A DNA stretch of 64,000 nt from a virus (IMGVR_UViG_3300025098_005131), one strand, 5' to 3'. Positions 1 through 9,321 are shown, counted from the stretch's first letter. Made by a program: numbers and translations. Notes: generated by a model from the letters alone, not told the origin.

Positions 1-1
1 A

Positions 2-1339
2 GAGATAAATGAAACAAGCAGAGGACAGTATTATTCAATTTTATTAAAAGCAATAGGCATTACAGGCATCACAGACGATTCAACTAGCACTATTCACGGA
101 AACGAGCCGAGTCAATCTGTTTCTTTCGACTTTTCAGGTAATACAATTACACCTATAGGAACATTTAGAAATGTTTTTAAGAAAAATATTAGCAATTTAA
201 AAGAAACTTTCGATGTTATATTAAAAGATTTGATAGACAGTGGGTTAGTAAACTGGTCACCAAAAATAGATAGAAATATTGCAAATTATGACTATGAAAA
301 CTTAAGTCTTAAATCGTTTAATACAGTAGTTAAAACATTAAGTAAAAATGAAGAATTATTTGATTTTATTACAGAAGTGGCAAGACAGAATGTAAACAAA
401 AAAGTATTAAATTTTATATACAATAAATATAAAAACTTTGAATTATCATCAGGACAAAATGTTTTATATTACTTATTAGAAAATAAAAGTATTGATAAAA
501 AAGTAATGTATGATTATTATAATCAATTTGTTAAAGGCTTGTTAAACTCTACTATGTCAAGTGGTGAAATGTATAATGAAGGCTTAGGTTGCATTTTACA
601 ATTTGTATCTAGTCCGTCGTTACCAAAATCAATTCAGCTTGATATAGTGAGAAATTCAGAACTTGTAAATAAAGGAGAGAAAATGGTGTTTCCGGACATT
701 TTAGGCCGACTAGAGTGGTCTCATGTTCTGGACAAAGAAACGTGCATACAAATTTTTAACAAATTTGGTTATGAAAAATCCAGTTTAACTAACAATCGTT
801 ATGCACCAATTGCTAATTATTTAATTAATGATCTTGATGAATTTTTAGATAATGAAAATATATTAGATAAAACTACTGTTATACAGGCTCGAGCAATGAA
901 AAGAATTAACACAATTTTTGTTAACCAAAAAATAACTAAAGATGAGTTGTTATATGTTTCTGAAAAGATAGATAAATTAATAGCTGGGAGGCATTTAAAA
1001 AATAGCACAAGTAATGAACATGGTATAGACACTTGGATAGTGTATTGCACAGTTAGTTTAATTAATAATAAAAACTTTAGCAGAGAAATTTTAGATGCAA
1101 TGAACATTACGCTAGAAGAAGAAATCAACATGCTGTCAACAGTTTTGGAATATGAGAGAGAGTCTGATGAGATGATTGAGGAAGAGGACTACGACGAAGA
1201 TGATGAACCTAAAAAGTTTGATTTAATTAAAGATGGCTTGCCTTACTTAGAGTATTATCCTGGCGGAGAAAATCTTAAGAAAAAATTACCAAGAGCATAC
1301 AATTATTTAAAGAATGCATCAAAGCATGGAATAGGCTAA
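2..1339 (+). CDS. Hypothetical phage protein, 5'-truncated
   Basis: The frame of the 230..1339 ORF has no stop back to position 2 (EINETSRGQYYSILLK...), so the gene starts left of the window. Acidic C-terminal patch; no family recognised. Confidence 0.75.
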   Translation, partial: EINETSRGQYYSILLKAIGITGITDDSTSTIHGNEPSQSVSFDFSGNTITPIGTFRNVFKKNISNLKETFDVILKDLIDSGLVNWSPKIDRNIANYDYENLSLKSFNTVVKTLSKNEELFDFITEVARQNVNKKVLNFIYNKYKNFELSSGQNVLYYLLENKSIDKKVMYDYYNQFVKGLLNSTMSSGEMYNEGLGCILQFVSSPSLPKSIQLDIVRNSELVNKGEKMVFPDILGRLEWSHVLDKETCIQIFNKFGYEKSSLTNNRYAPIANYLINDLDEFLDNENILDKTTVIQARAMKRINTIFVNQKITKDELLYVSEKIDKLIAGRHLKNSTSNEHGIDTWIVYCTVSLINNKNFSREILDAMNITLEEEINMLSTVLEYERESDEMIEEEDYDEDDEPKKFDLIKDGLPYLEYYPGGENLKKKLPRAYNYLKNASKHGIG

Positions 1340-1566
1340 GCTCCAGCCTTAGCAACCCACAGCCCGTCTTGATTTTCCAAGTCAATCGTTTCTCTAGAAG
1401 TTCCATTTAGATAAACAAGCAAACCTTTTATAAAATAGTGGTCTTGAATAATCTCTACAATTAAGCAGTTATTCTTTATTTTTTTACCGTAATAAAATAT
1501 ATCAATCATATCTCCTTCTTTTAACTGTGATACAAATCGTATTTCTTCTTTATGTTTATCTGACAT
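1336..1566 (-). CDS. Small hypothetical protein, putative SH3/KOW-like beta-barrel
   Basis: 76 aa; LKEGDMI and NCLIV...IDLE pattern shared with the small ORFs at 4788-5260. Confidence 0.6.
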   Translation of the reverse strand: MSDKHKEEIRFVSQLKEGDMIDIFYYGKKIKNNCLIVEIIQDHYFIKGLLVYLNGTSRETIDLENQDGLWVAKAGA

Positions 1567-2767
1567 TTATTTTAGTCTTTCCCCATCGCAAAGTAATTTG
1601 TGCATTGCTACTCAACATTTCAGTGCATGCATAAAAAGGTGCTACATCGTAGAATTTAAATATTTTTTCTTCATCGTTGTATGTATAATCAATATTTTCT
1701 TCCAGAAGAGTCAAACCATTAAATATATTTGCTGGGTAATCTGCTAGTACTGGACCAATCTTACACATTATCTCTTCAATAATCGCGTTGAATGCACCAT
1801 TAACTTGTTGTGTATTAACAATATAGTTATAGTCAATTGAGTTTTGATTCAACACGTTACCACTGACACTTTGTAAAGCAGCAACGTTTGCATTGTCTAC
1901 ACCTAGCGTATACGTTGTTATACAAGGATTTTGAACAGTTGTTTGTCTGCAATTATCTGGATTAATACTGAAAATATTATTTTGCACAAAGTCTCGAGAA
2001 GGATCAATGCCTTCATTGGGCGATCCGTCACTAATTAGAATAATATAATAAGATTCATAATCAGTATTTCTAATTTTAGATAGAGCGCTATTTAAAGGGG
2101 AAAGAAAATTAGTTCCTCCTCCAGCGTTGTAAGTATTTAAAATAGACAATACGTTTAATTTGTGTTGCTGACCTTTTCCAATAGGAGTTTCTATTATAAC
2201 ATTGTCGTTGTAAAGAACTACTGAATAGTTTAAATTATAGTCAGCATTTACAAATTGCCTTGCAGTAGTTTTTAGCTGATTTATTCTATTTCCTTGCATA
2301 GAGCCGCTAAAGTCTAGCAAAAGTATAACAGCTGTGTCTATTAACTCAATGTCATGAACTTCTTCGTTTACCTCTAAGATGTTTTCTTTAGAGACATATC
2401 CTCTTCCTGGATCATATGTGGATGTAATTTTAAATCTTCTCTTACACAAATCTTCAGCATTACATTCGAGTCCTAAGTCTTCACAAGAAAAGTCTGGCTC
2501 TGGTGAATCAAGAATTATTGCACATTGGTTTAAAGTATTACTCGAACAAATTGTTTCAATGTCATTTGAATTTCTTATGCCTTCTCCTGCGTCAATACTA
2601 CACGTATCGAGCAGCTGTTTTTCGTAAGATATGTTTAAAGATATTCTTCCATATTGAATTACTATTAAAGAAATGCTAGCCAAGACAGCAGCTAGTAAAA
2701 CTGTTGTTAGTGCTGCAAATCCTTTACTTTGAAGACTTTTTGAGGTATATAAGATGTTTTGTTCCAT
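1556..2767 (-). CDS. TadG-like (Flp/Tad minor pilin) protein with von Willebrand factor A domain
   Basis: N-terminal GFAALTTVLLAAVLASISLIVIQYG hydrophobic helix followed by EKQLLDTCSIDAG (Tad N-terminal pattern). vWA MIDAS motif LLLDFSGSM (DxSxS), GGGTNF, ILISDGSPN. Confidence 0.75.
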   Translation of the reverse strand: MEQNILYTSKSLQSKGFAALTTVLLAAVLASISLIVIQYGRISLNISYEKQLLDTCSIDAGEGIRNSNDIETICSSNTLNQCAIILDSPEPDFSCEDLGLECNAEDLCKRRFKITSTYDPGRGYVSKENILEVNEEVHDIELIDTAVILLLDFSGSMQGNRINQLKTTARQFVNADYNLNYSVVLYNDNVIIETPIGKGQQHKLNVLSILNTYNAGGGTNFLSPLNSALSKIRNTDYESYYIILISDGSPNEGIDPSRDFVQNNIFSINPDNCRQTTVQNPCITTYTLGVDNANVAALQSVSGNVLNQNSIDYNYIVNTQQVNGAFNAIIEEIMCKIGPVLADYPANIFNGLTLLEENIDYTYNDEEKIFKFYDVAPFYACTEMLSSNAQITLRWGKTKINVR

Positions 2768-3494
2768 TGTAATTTTTATTTTCTATATTGTCTATATTCC
2801 AATAATGATTGCTCTGTTTAATCTGAGTATAAAACTCATGCATTAGCAAAACATCAATGTTTACACCCTGCTGTTTTAGAATGTCAGCAGCTAAGAGATT
2901 TGAATTAAACTTCCTGTCTCGACGTATTGCCTTCAACTCTACATATTTACCAGTGTCAGGATGATAAAAGTCCGGTGTGTATTGTTTGTCTCTTCCGTCA
3001 TATTGAACTGTAAATGTTTTGTGCTCATATATATATGGCTTATTTGTAGCTTCACACCACCTTGCATAGTCTGCTTCTAAAGATGATTTAAAGAAATAAT
3101 TTGAAGGTAAATCATACCTAAATCCTAGTCTGCCGTTAGAAGGTATTTCATGAAGACCACTGCTTTGTGCCTTGTTTTGACATTCCTTACCACAATACTT
3201 TGTTTCTCTGCCTTTAGGTCTTTGATATTCTATTGCACAATATTCACATTTAAGATTAACTCTTTCTTTTTTATTCTTTTTTAAATAACAAGCTCTAGAG
3301 CAATAAGTCTTTCCGCGTTTAGACTTAAATTCAATTCCACAAACTTCACATTGTTTTATTTCGTATTTGACGCTTGATTTGTTTTTGCACTCTTTAGAAC
3401 AATATTTAGATGTTTTTGCTCTTGAAGCGGGCTTCTTGTATTCTTTTTTACAACATTCACAAATTAATGTGACTTGGGTTGATGTTCTTGACAT
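2724..3494 (-). CDS. Free-standing PD-(D/E)xK endonuclease with three N-terminal zinc-ribbon repeats (homing-endonuclease-like)
   Basis: Three CxxC...YC(S/G)xxC repeats, then FKSSLEADYA...YIYE...YTPDFY...YVELKA. Confidence 0.75.
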   Translation of the reverse strand: MSRTSTQVTLICECCKKEYKKPASRAKTSKYCSKECKNKSSVKYEIKQCEVCGIEFKSKRGKTYCSRACYLKKNKKERVNLKCEYCAIEYQRPKGRETKYCGKECQNKAQSSGLHEIPSNGRLGFRYDLPSNYFFKSSLEADYARWCEATNKPYIYEHKTFTVQYDGRDKQYTPDFYHPDTGKYVELKAIRRDRKFNSNLLAADILKQQGVNIDVLLMHEFYTQIKQSNHYWNIDNIENKNYNGTKHLIYLKKSSK

Positions 3495-3544
3495 ACTTAC
3501 TCCTTTTAAAATAAGTATGTCTTAGGGTTAAAACCCTGAGTAAA

Positions 3545-4531
3545 CTACTTAGGAAAGAATTGTTTTAGATCGATATCTTGCTCTTTAGCTTGATCTAAAT
3601 ATTTTAAAGGATTATAAAAGTAGATATTTGAATCTTTAATTGATTGCCAAGATTGTCGAATGCCTTCCTTTAAATCTCTTGTCCTACTAAAGCCCAAGGT
3701 ATCTACAAGTTTTTTATTGCTTAACCTATGATTTCCAAGATAATCAGTTTGTGGGTGCCATTGTATTACAGGCTTTAAATTAAGACCAGTTACTTCTTCT
3801 ATTAATTCTACAATTTCCAAAGTATTATGTGGGTTTTCTGCTGTAATATTGAAATCGTCGTTTAATATATTGTTTGTAATTAAGTCCATTATACTACTAC
3901 AAAAGTCCTCAACATGCATATAGTCTTTTATTTTTTCTGGATTTAAAAACATATCTAAACTATTTATTTTGTTTTTTAAACAGAACAAAGACTTAGATAT
4001 AAGAGAGTTCATGTCACCTTCTCCGCCGTAAGCAAATAGCGGTCTCACGACGAGCCAGCTTTTAGCGTTATTTTTAACTGTCATTTCACCTGCATATTTT
4101 TGAATTGCATAGTTTGTCCTAGGTAATATTTTGCTATCTTCAAAAATATCAGATTCTTGATATTGATATGTATCATAAATAACTGTCGTTCCAATATATA
4201 CGATCGTTGTGTTTGTATTATTAGCAGCTTCAGTTAGAACATGTGTGCCTAATATGTTTGTATTAATTGCTCGCTCAGGGTTTAATGCAACTACATCTGT
4301 ACCTACTAGGGCTGCATTGTGAACAATAACGTCAAGCTCTAAGTCTGAAAGTAGTTGTGACCACTCTTCAATAGAATTTCTATATACACAAACTTCTCCT
4401 ACTCCTGTACGAATATAATCTTGTGAATAAATACTTTTATCTAACGATACAAAAGTATGATTATAATTTTCTATTTGATTAGCCAAGTTAGTTGCAATAA
4501 AACCTTTTTCACCAGTGATGCCTATTCTCAT
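3545..4531 (-). CDS. NAD-dependent nucleotide-sugar epimerase/dehydratase (extended SDR)
   Basis: ITGEKGFIA Rossmann motif, DVIVHNAA, NILGT, catalytic YAIQK (YxxxK), KDYMHVED. Confidence 0.9.
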   Translation of the reverse strand: MRIGITGEKGFIATNLANQIENYNHTFVSLDKSIYSQDYIRTGVGEVCVYRNSIEEWSQLLSDLELDVIVHNAALVGTDVVALNPERAINTNILGTHVLTEAANNTNTTIVYIGTTVIYDTYQYQESDIFEDSKILPRTNYAIQKYAGEMTVKNNAKSWLVVRPLFAYGGEGDMNSLISKSLFCLKNKINSLDMFLNPEKIKDYMHVEDFCSSIMDLITNNILNDDFNITAENPHNTLEIVELIEEVTGLNLKPVIQWHPQTDYLGNHRLSNKKLVDTLGFSRTRDLKEGIRQSWQSIKDSNIYFYNPLKYLDQAKEQDIDLKQFFPK

Positions 4532-4779
4532 TAATTGTTTCCTTTAATAATTTTAACGACTTTAATGTCTTTTGTTTTAACGTTATACACTTTATTGCTT
4601 TGTGTATCTAGCATTTTATAGTCAAAAAACTTCTTAATACCATATTTTGTTTTATTCTCAAAAAGATATTCTCTACCTAAAACCAGTGCTGTTCGTGGTC
4701 CTAAAAATTGATTTTTAAAAACTTTATGCATAAATGTTACAAGATCAGAAGATTCCAGTCCTTCTGTGTAAGATGACAT
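4531..4779 (-). CDS. Small hypothetical protein
   Basis: 82 aa, GGGAG RBS upstream, TAATG overlap with the epimerase start. Confidence 0.6.
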   Translation of the reverse strand: MSSYTEGLESSDLVTFMHKVFKNQFLGPRTALVLGREYLFENKTKYGIKKFFDYKMLDTQSNKVYNVKTKDIKVVKIIKGNN

Positions 4780-4787
4780 ATAACTCC

Positions 4788-5045
4788 CTAACTTAGATAT
4801 TTAACTTGTATATCAATTATTTTGTGTATTGTTATATTCTCTACTTTACCATCCCAGAAAATGGTCATTCCGGTGGGTCTAAGACCATCTTTAAGAGATA
4901 ATCCTACTAATAAGCAATTTTCATATTTCTTTGGTTTATTATAATATGAATAATCAATAATTACACTTATCATTTTGCCAATATCGTTTTTGTCTAAATA
5001 AAAGTCTTGATTTAACCTTATAAAATCGCTGTTTATTTTCGTCAT
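4788..5045 (-). CDS. Small hypothetical protein, putative beta-barrel
   Basis: 85 aa, ATGA overlap with the upstream ORF, YENCLLV motif. Confidence 0.6.
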   Translation of the reverse strand: MTKINSDFIRLNQDFYLDKNDIGKMISVIIDYSYYNKPKKYENCLLVGLSLKDGLRPTGMTIFWDGKVENITIHKIIDIQVKYLS

Positions 5046-5260
5046 ACTGTCGTAACGCTAACAAATACATCCTCATCTTCTAAATCAACAGCCTGAAGTC
5101 TGCCTTTTTCTGTCATAAAAAGCAACAAGTCTTTATTTAAATTTCCTTTTTCAATGCATATCAAAAGGCAGTTTTGATAATTAGATATGAAGCTGTAACT
5201 CTTATACTGGATTGATATATTAACTATTTCTTTTATGTGTTGTTTAATTTTTTCTATCAA
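5042..5260 (-). CDS. Small hypothetical protein, putative beta-barrel
   Basis: The track starts it at 5296; TTG at 5260 is more plausible because it overlaps less with the upstream gene. YQNCLL...VDLED motif. Confidence 0.55.
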   Translation of the reverse strand: MIEKIKQHIKEIVNISIQYKSYSFISNYQNCLLICIEKGNLNKDLLLFMTEKGRLQAVDLEDEDVFVSVTTV

Positions 5261-5450
5261 GAACTTTATACTCCATAATGCTATAAGGCACAACATCAGT
5301 TATCTTATTGCCTATTACATAAATCATTGCAGAAAAATTTAGATCTTTTTTAATCTTATAGACTATCCCTAACTTTTCTTCTTCGTTCGAGTAAAGAAAA
5401 TTATATCTAATTAGGTCGCCTATTTTCAGGTCGTGTATATAATCTATCAT
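5244..5450 (-). CDS. Small hypothetical protein (KOW/SH3-like LKIGDLI)
   Basis: 68 aa; ATGA overlap with the Fpg stop. Confidence 0.6.
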   Translation of the reverse strand: MIDYIHDLKIGDLIRYNFLYSNEEEKLGIVYKIKKDLNFSAMIYVIGNKITDVVPYSIMEYKVLDRKN

Positions 5451-6265
5451 TGAAAATCTCTTTTTTTAGCTCCGATCGTTTGTCTTTCTCTAACCCAGTG
5501 TGTTGTCCTTTTATCGAGCGTCGTTTCTTTAATTACATTATGACCATTACAGTCTTTGTTTCTTCCATAAACAACAAAACCTTGAACAGCATTCCCATTA
5601 TTACCATCAAAAGTATAGTAACTTTGAATTGTTGCTCCTTGTTCATTATATGACTTGTTAATTACAAATCTTATCGCTTTATAAAGAGTTATCAGGTTTT
5701 TGTCTGTTAAATCTTTTATTAAAGAATGTGGATTTATACGTGAATACCATAAAGATTCTGCCTTGATATAATTACCAACTCCAGAAATAACCTTTTGATT
5801 CATCAATACATCACATATATTTTTGTTGTTTTTTTGTCTTAAAAATTTAATAAAATCAGATGAAGAAGGGGGATTAGACAACATGTCAGGCCCAATAGAT
5901 TTAAGCTTTTTTGCCAAATCTTTTTGATTTTTAATCTGAACTGTTCCAAAATTTCTAATATCATTGAAATACAATGTATCGTCCTCATAAAAGTTAATCT
6001 CTATTCTAGAATGATCTGTTTTTTTTCTAGACCAGTTTCCTGTCATTCCTAAAGTATTGAAAATAATTATGTCTTCTAAATCAAGCCATATAAACTTGCC
6101 TTTACAATTAAAGCTTTTAATTTCTTTGTCTAATAATGTTTCTAGGTTTGGAATTGGTTTTTTAATATATCTTCCGCTCAATATATTAACTGACTTTATT
6201 TGATAATGTCTAAAATTTTGATTTAGTTTATCAACAAACAATTTAACTTCAGGTCCTTCTGGAAT
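5447..6265 (-). CDS. mutM: Formamidopyrimidine-DNA glycosylase (Fpg/Nei family), ATT start
   Basis: Extending the tracked ORF upstream in frame gives ATT-CCA-GAA-GGA-CCT-GAA-GTT (PEGPEV catalytic N-terminus) behind AGGAAGG. Also KGKFIW, LGMTG, DIRNFG and H2TH NQKVISGVGNYIKAESLW. No Cys4 finger. Confidence 0.92.
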   Translation of the reverse strand: MPEGPEVKLFVDKLNQNFRHYQIKSVNILSGRYIKKPIPNLETLLDKEIKSFNCKGKFIWLDLEDIIIFNTLGMTGNWSRKKTDHSRIEINFYEDDTLYFNDIRNFGTVQIKNQKDLAKKLKSIGPDMLSNPPSSSDFIKFLRQKNNKNICDVLMNQKVISGVGNYIKAESLWYSRINPHSLIKDLTDKNLITLYKAIRFVINKSYNEQGATIQSYYTFDGNNGNAVQGFVVYGRNKDCNGHNVIKETTLDKRTTHWVRERQTIGAKKRDFQ

Positions 6266-6305
6266 AATACACCTTCCTAACTATTTTTCTACAAAATTAA
6301 AGCCT

Positions 6306-6515
6306 TTAATTGTTTAAAATCCTATTGGCTTCTGGGTCATCTAAGTCTGTATTTGCTAAATCTTTTTCATTTTCTTCCAAGTCAGGCAAGGTATTGTCAT
6401 GCACATAATTTGCTAAATCATCTTTTCCGACCCATTTAAGGAATTGCATTAGAGGGTGACCAATTATATTGTGAAATGCATAGTTTTTAATAAATTTTTC
6501 GTATTTAAAATTCAT
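6306..6515 (-). CDS. Hypothetical protein
   Basis: 69 aa ORF packed in the operon (HNIIGHPLMQ...VHDNTLP). Confidence 0.6.
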   Translation of the reverse strand: MNFKYEKFIKNYAFHNIIGHPLMQFLKWVGKDDLANYVHDNTLPDLEENEKDLANTDLDDPEANRILNN

Positions 6516-6518
6516 AGC

Positions 6519-6968
6519 TTATTCAATTGCATCTGCATAAGGTTCATTTGGTAAGATACCTGTTTCAATAATTCTATCAAGATAGTCTTCTAATTGTTCA
6601 AATGTTGTGCAGACCTTAATACCACTTCTCGCGAGCATTAAATTAAATTTTGCGCCTTTAGGAAGTCCGGCACAGAAATAGATTATAGGCTTATTAAATG
6701 CAAAAGCGTATCCTGCTTCCCAAATTGTACCAATATCTTTATCTCTAGTATTTACTAGTAAAAAGTCTGCTGTCTGTATATGATGAAGATTGCCACTAAA
6801 TGTTTCATCTTGCACGCTTTTTGGCGCATTAGGCGGGCAAACAAAAATTCTTCGAGGAGAAGCTAGTTCAAAGTGGTTAACTCGATCATCAAAAATCTTT
6901 TCCAGATGTGTAAGTTCTGCGTCTTGAATAGGATTAAACCAACCGCTTGCTAAATAAATCTTTTTCAT
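6519..6968 (-). CDS. Nucleoside 2-deoxyribosyltransferase family (NDT/Rcl/MilB-like nucleotide N-glycosidase)
   Basis: KIYLASGWF, ADFLLV, DIGTIWEAGYAFAFNKPII, FNLML. Confidence 0.88.
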   Translation of the reverse strand: MKKIYLASGWFNPIQDAELTHLEKIFDDRVNHFELASPRRIFVCPPNAPKSVQDETFSGNLHHIQTADFLLVNTRDKDIGTIWEAGYAFAFNKPIIYFCAGLPKGAKFNLMLARSGIKVCTTFEQLEDYLDRIIETGILPNEPYADAIE

Positions 6969-7021
6969 TAAATTGTTCCTTTTGTAAATAAATTAAATTT
7001 GTTGTTTATAATTGTTTTAGG

Positions 7022-7993
7022 TTAAAATTCATTATCTAGCTGCTGTCTAATTAAACTTACAGCTGCTACGTCATCGTTCCACATCCTTGTAAAGATTTTT
7101 TCTTCACCAGATTTGTTGCCATTAATCTCTTCACGACGACATGCATAAATTGAATCTTTTTCATTAAATTCAAATAAATCGTTCTTTGGTTCTGGCTGAT
7201 AAAGATTTGTGCCTCGTGAAGTAAAGGAACCATCGGGTAATTCAACTCTAAAAGTGCGAACATAATGCATGTCAGGTTTTTCAAAGTTTAAGCATGTAGA
7301 AACTTCTGGAATTGATTCGCAAACAATTTTTGCAATACGCGTTGCAATAATATTGTCTACTTCTGGTTGAATTTGCACATCTTGACGCTGTCTAATAAAA
7401 CCAATTAAATCTTTAAGATTAAATCGAGCAACGTAAAAAGTCTCAAGTGCCTTAGGCAAAATAACTCGTGCATCCATTAAAGACACAACTCGAGAATCAA
7501 CCATATCAGAATAAAGTTGTTTTGCTGCAGAAGCAACTTCAATAAATCGATGATGAAAGTCTGAATTTTCAACAGACTCAGGAACTAAAATGTTGTCATT
7601 CCTAAGATCACGATCACCGGTGCACTGCGCTGCAAATGAACCTGCTCTATGTCTAATTAAATGCGTCACTGTTTGTGTATCAATTCCGCTAATTTTAAAA
7701 GTAAAACCTAAACATTCCATAGGTGTAGGTAATGCTCTAAAATTAAGAACATCTTGTAAGTTAATTGAAGCTTCTTCTGGTAAAGCATTTTCAAATGAAG
7801 TCTCAGAAGGTGTGTCAGCCCAGGTTGCTTTGGTCATGTGCCAAGCAATTTTTTGAGCTTGTTCTCTAGTGGGCCCATCAATCAACTCAATGTTAAGTGA
7901 TTCTAAGTTATTAATGTAATTAGTATTAGGAACTTGATCAAATTTAAGCTCCATAGGAAGTGTGACTTGTTTAAGATCATTATTAATTGGCAA
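7022..7993 (-). CDS. Divergent ThyX-family flavoenzyme (second copy)
   Basis: TTG start with AAAGGAG RBS. PTPME...FTFKI, HLIRHRAGSFAAQCTGDR (RHRx7S with S->C), DARVILP, NLKDLIGFIRQR. Confidence 0.85.
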   Translation of the reverse strand: MPINNDLKQVTLPMELKFDQVPNTNYINNLESLNIELIDGPTREQAQKIAWHMTKATWADTPSETSFENALPEEASINLQDVLNFRALPTPMECLGFTFKISGIDTQTVTHLIRHRAGSFAAQCTGDRDLRNDNILVPESVENSDFHHRFIEVASAAKQLYSDMVDSRVVSLMDARVILPKALETFYVARFNLKDLIGFIRQRQDVQIQPEVDNIIATRIAKIVCESIPEVSTCLNFEKPDMHYVRTFRVELPDGSFTSRGTNLYQPEPKNDLFEFNEKDSIYACRREEINGNKSGEEKIFTRMWNDDVAAVSLIRQQLDNEF

Positions 7994-8020
7994 ATTTATT
8001 CTCCTTTGTATTTACCATTT

Positions 8021-8049
8021 ATTTTAATATTAAAAATTAAAATTTACAC
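8021..8049 (-). promoter_or_regulatory. Sigma70-like promoter GTGTAA-N17-TAAAAT (ThyX-like/NDT unit)
   Basis: Motif and spacing read directly from the sequence. Confidence 0.6.
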
Positions 8050-8051
8050 AT

Positions 8052-8702
8052 TTATGTTTTATTGATCTGGTTTCTTAACTGGATCAAAAGTTCTTTGTCT
8101 TTTCGTGAAGCACTTAAAGTTTTTAATACATCAGTAAAACTGACTTTTTTTAAAATGCAAGTAGTCATAATATATTCGTACAAAGAATCGATATCAGCTT
8201 GGACTGCATCTTTTTTTTCTATATCTAGATGTAAAACATTTTTATTAACGACAAATTGTAGTTCTTTAGCTAGAACGCAAAAAAGCGAGGTCTTGAATTT
8301 ATTTAAATCTTTAATTGTTAAATTCGAGGATATTATACATTCTATAAATCCTTCATCACTTTTATGTTTTTTATCATAATAAAAATTACAATTTAAAACT
8401 TCAAAATAAAAATTTTTAAAAGTATCAATTAAATTTAACGTAATGTCACACATAAAGTCGTAACATACGAGCAAAGAGTGGTTAAAGTTAATCTCATAGG
8501 TTTTATTAAAAATGTTTTTAAAGCTCGAGGTCGCTGTCATTTGTAAAATGTCAGACTCTATATTGATTGTAATGTTTCCGTTGTTTATCATTCCTGAAAT
8601 ATAAATTAAATCAAATTCAATAATTCGCCATATGTTGTCAAGATAATAATAAGACCTAAAGTTATTGTTTCTATATAGTTCTAGATCTTCGTGGAAAAAC
8701 AT
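8052..8702 (-). CDS. Hypothetical protein
   Basis: 216 aa with AAAGGTG RBS; lies between the NTP-PPase and ThyX-like genes. Confidence 0.65.
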   Translation of the reverse strand: MFFHEDLELYRNNNFRSYYYLDNIWRIIEFDLIYISGMINNGNITINIESDILQMTATSSFKNIFNKTYEINFNHSLLVCYDFMCDITLNLIDTFKNFYFEVLNCNFYYDKKHKSDEGFIECIISSNLTIKDLNKFKTSLFCVLAKELQFVVNKNVLHLDIEKKDAVQADIDSLYEYIMTTCILKKVSFTDVLKTLSASRKDKELLIQLRNQINKT

Positions 8703-8716
8703 ATTACACCTTTAGA

Positions 8717-9091
8717 TTAATACCCTTTTGTTAACCTTTCTTTAATTATCTCGTCTTTCTTTTTAAATGCATTGTAAAATTCGTCAACATCTACACCTAT
8801 TAAAATAATAAGAGAATAAAAGTAATTAAAAGCATCAACAATTTCTTCTAAAAACTCTTCTCTATTTATTTCTGGCACTTCTGTTTCTCTATGCGGCTTC
8901 CAGTTTTTTAAATGACCTAGTGCTTCAAACATTTCTTCTACACCTTTAAGAGCTGTTTCACGCAGTAAAGCTTGACTACTTTTACTTGAAATATTTACTG
9001 GCCAAGACGGATATGAATCTTTATATTTTTCTTTAATTAAGTGCATAAAGACTTCTCTTTTTTCAAAGATTTCGTCTAATCTATCTTGCAT
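8717..9091 (-). CDS. All-alpha NTP pyrophosphatase (dimeric dUTPase / T4 gp56 dCTPase / MazG-like)
   Basis: GVEEMFEAL...NWKPH...EEFLEEIVDAFNYF (EExxE...EExxD metal-binding pattern). Confidence 0.8.
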   Translation of the reverse strand: MQDRLDEIFEKREVFMHLIKEKYKDSYPSWPVNISSKSSQALLRETALKGVEEMFEALGHLKNWKPHRETEVPEINREEFLEEIVDAFNYFYSLIILIGVDVDEFYNAFKKKDEIIKERLTKGY

Positions 9092-9094
9092 GTT

Positions 9095-9313
9095 TTAACT
9101 TTCTGTCTCAAAACTAGATTCTTGCGATGCGTCTACCATTTTTTCAACTTGCTCGTTAAATATTTTTTCATATTCACTGTTTAAAACTACCTTATTCTTT
9201 TCATTTACTTCCATCTGCATCATTCTTAAATGATCAACAATGTCTGTTCCTGTTAATAGTGCCATTTGTATAAGTTTGACAATTTGTGCAATTGTTGTAT
9301 CGTCTAAATTCAT
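9095..9313 (-). CDS. Hypothetical phage protein
   Basis: 72 aa with AGGAG RBS. Confidence 0.65.
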   Translation of the reverse strand: MNLDDTTIAQIVKLIQMALLTGTDIVDHLRMMQMEVNEKNKVVLNSEYEKIFNEQVEKMVDASQESSFETES

Positions 9314-9321
9314 TTTTTCTC

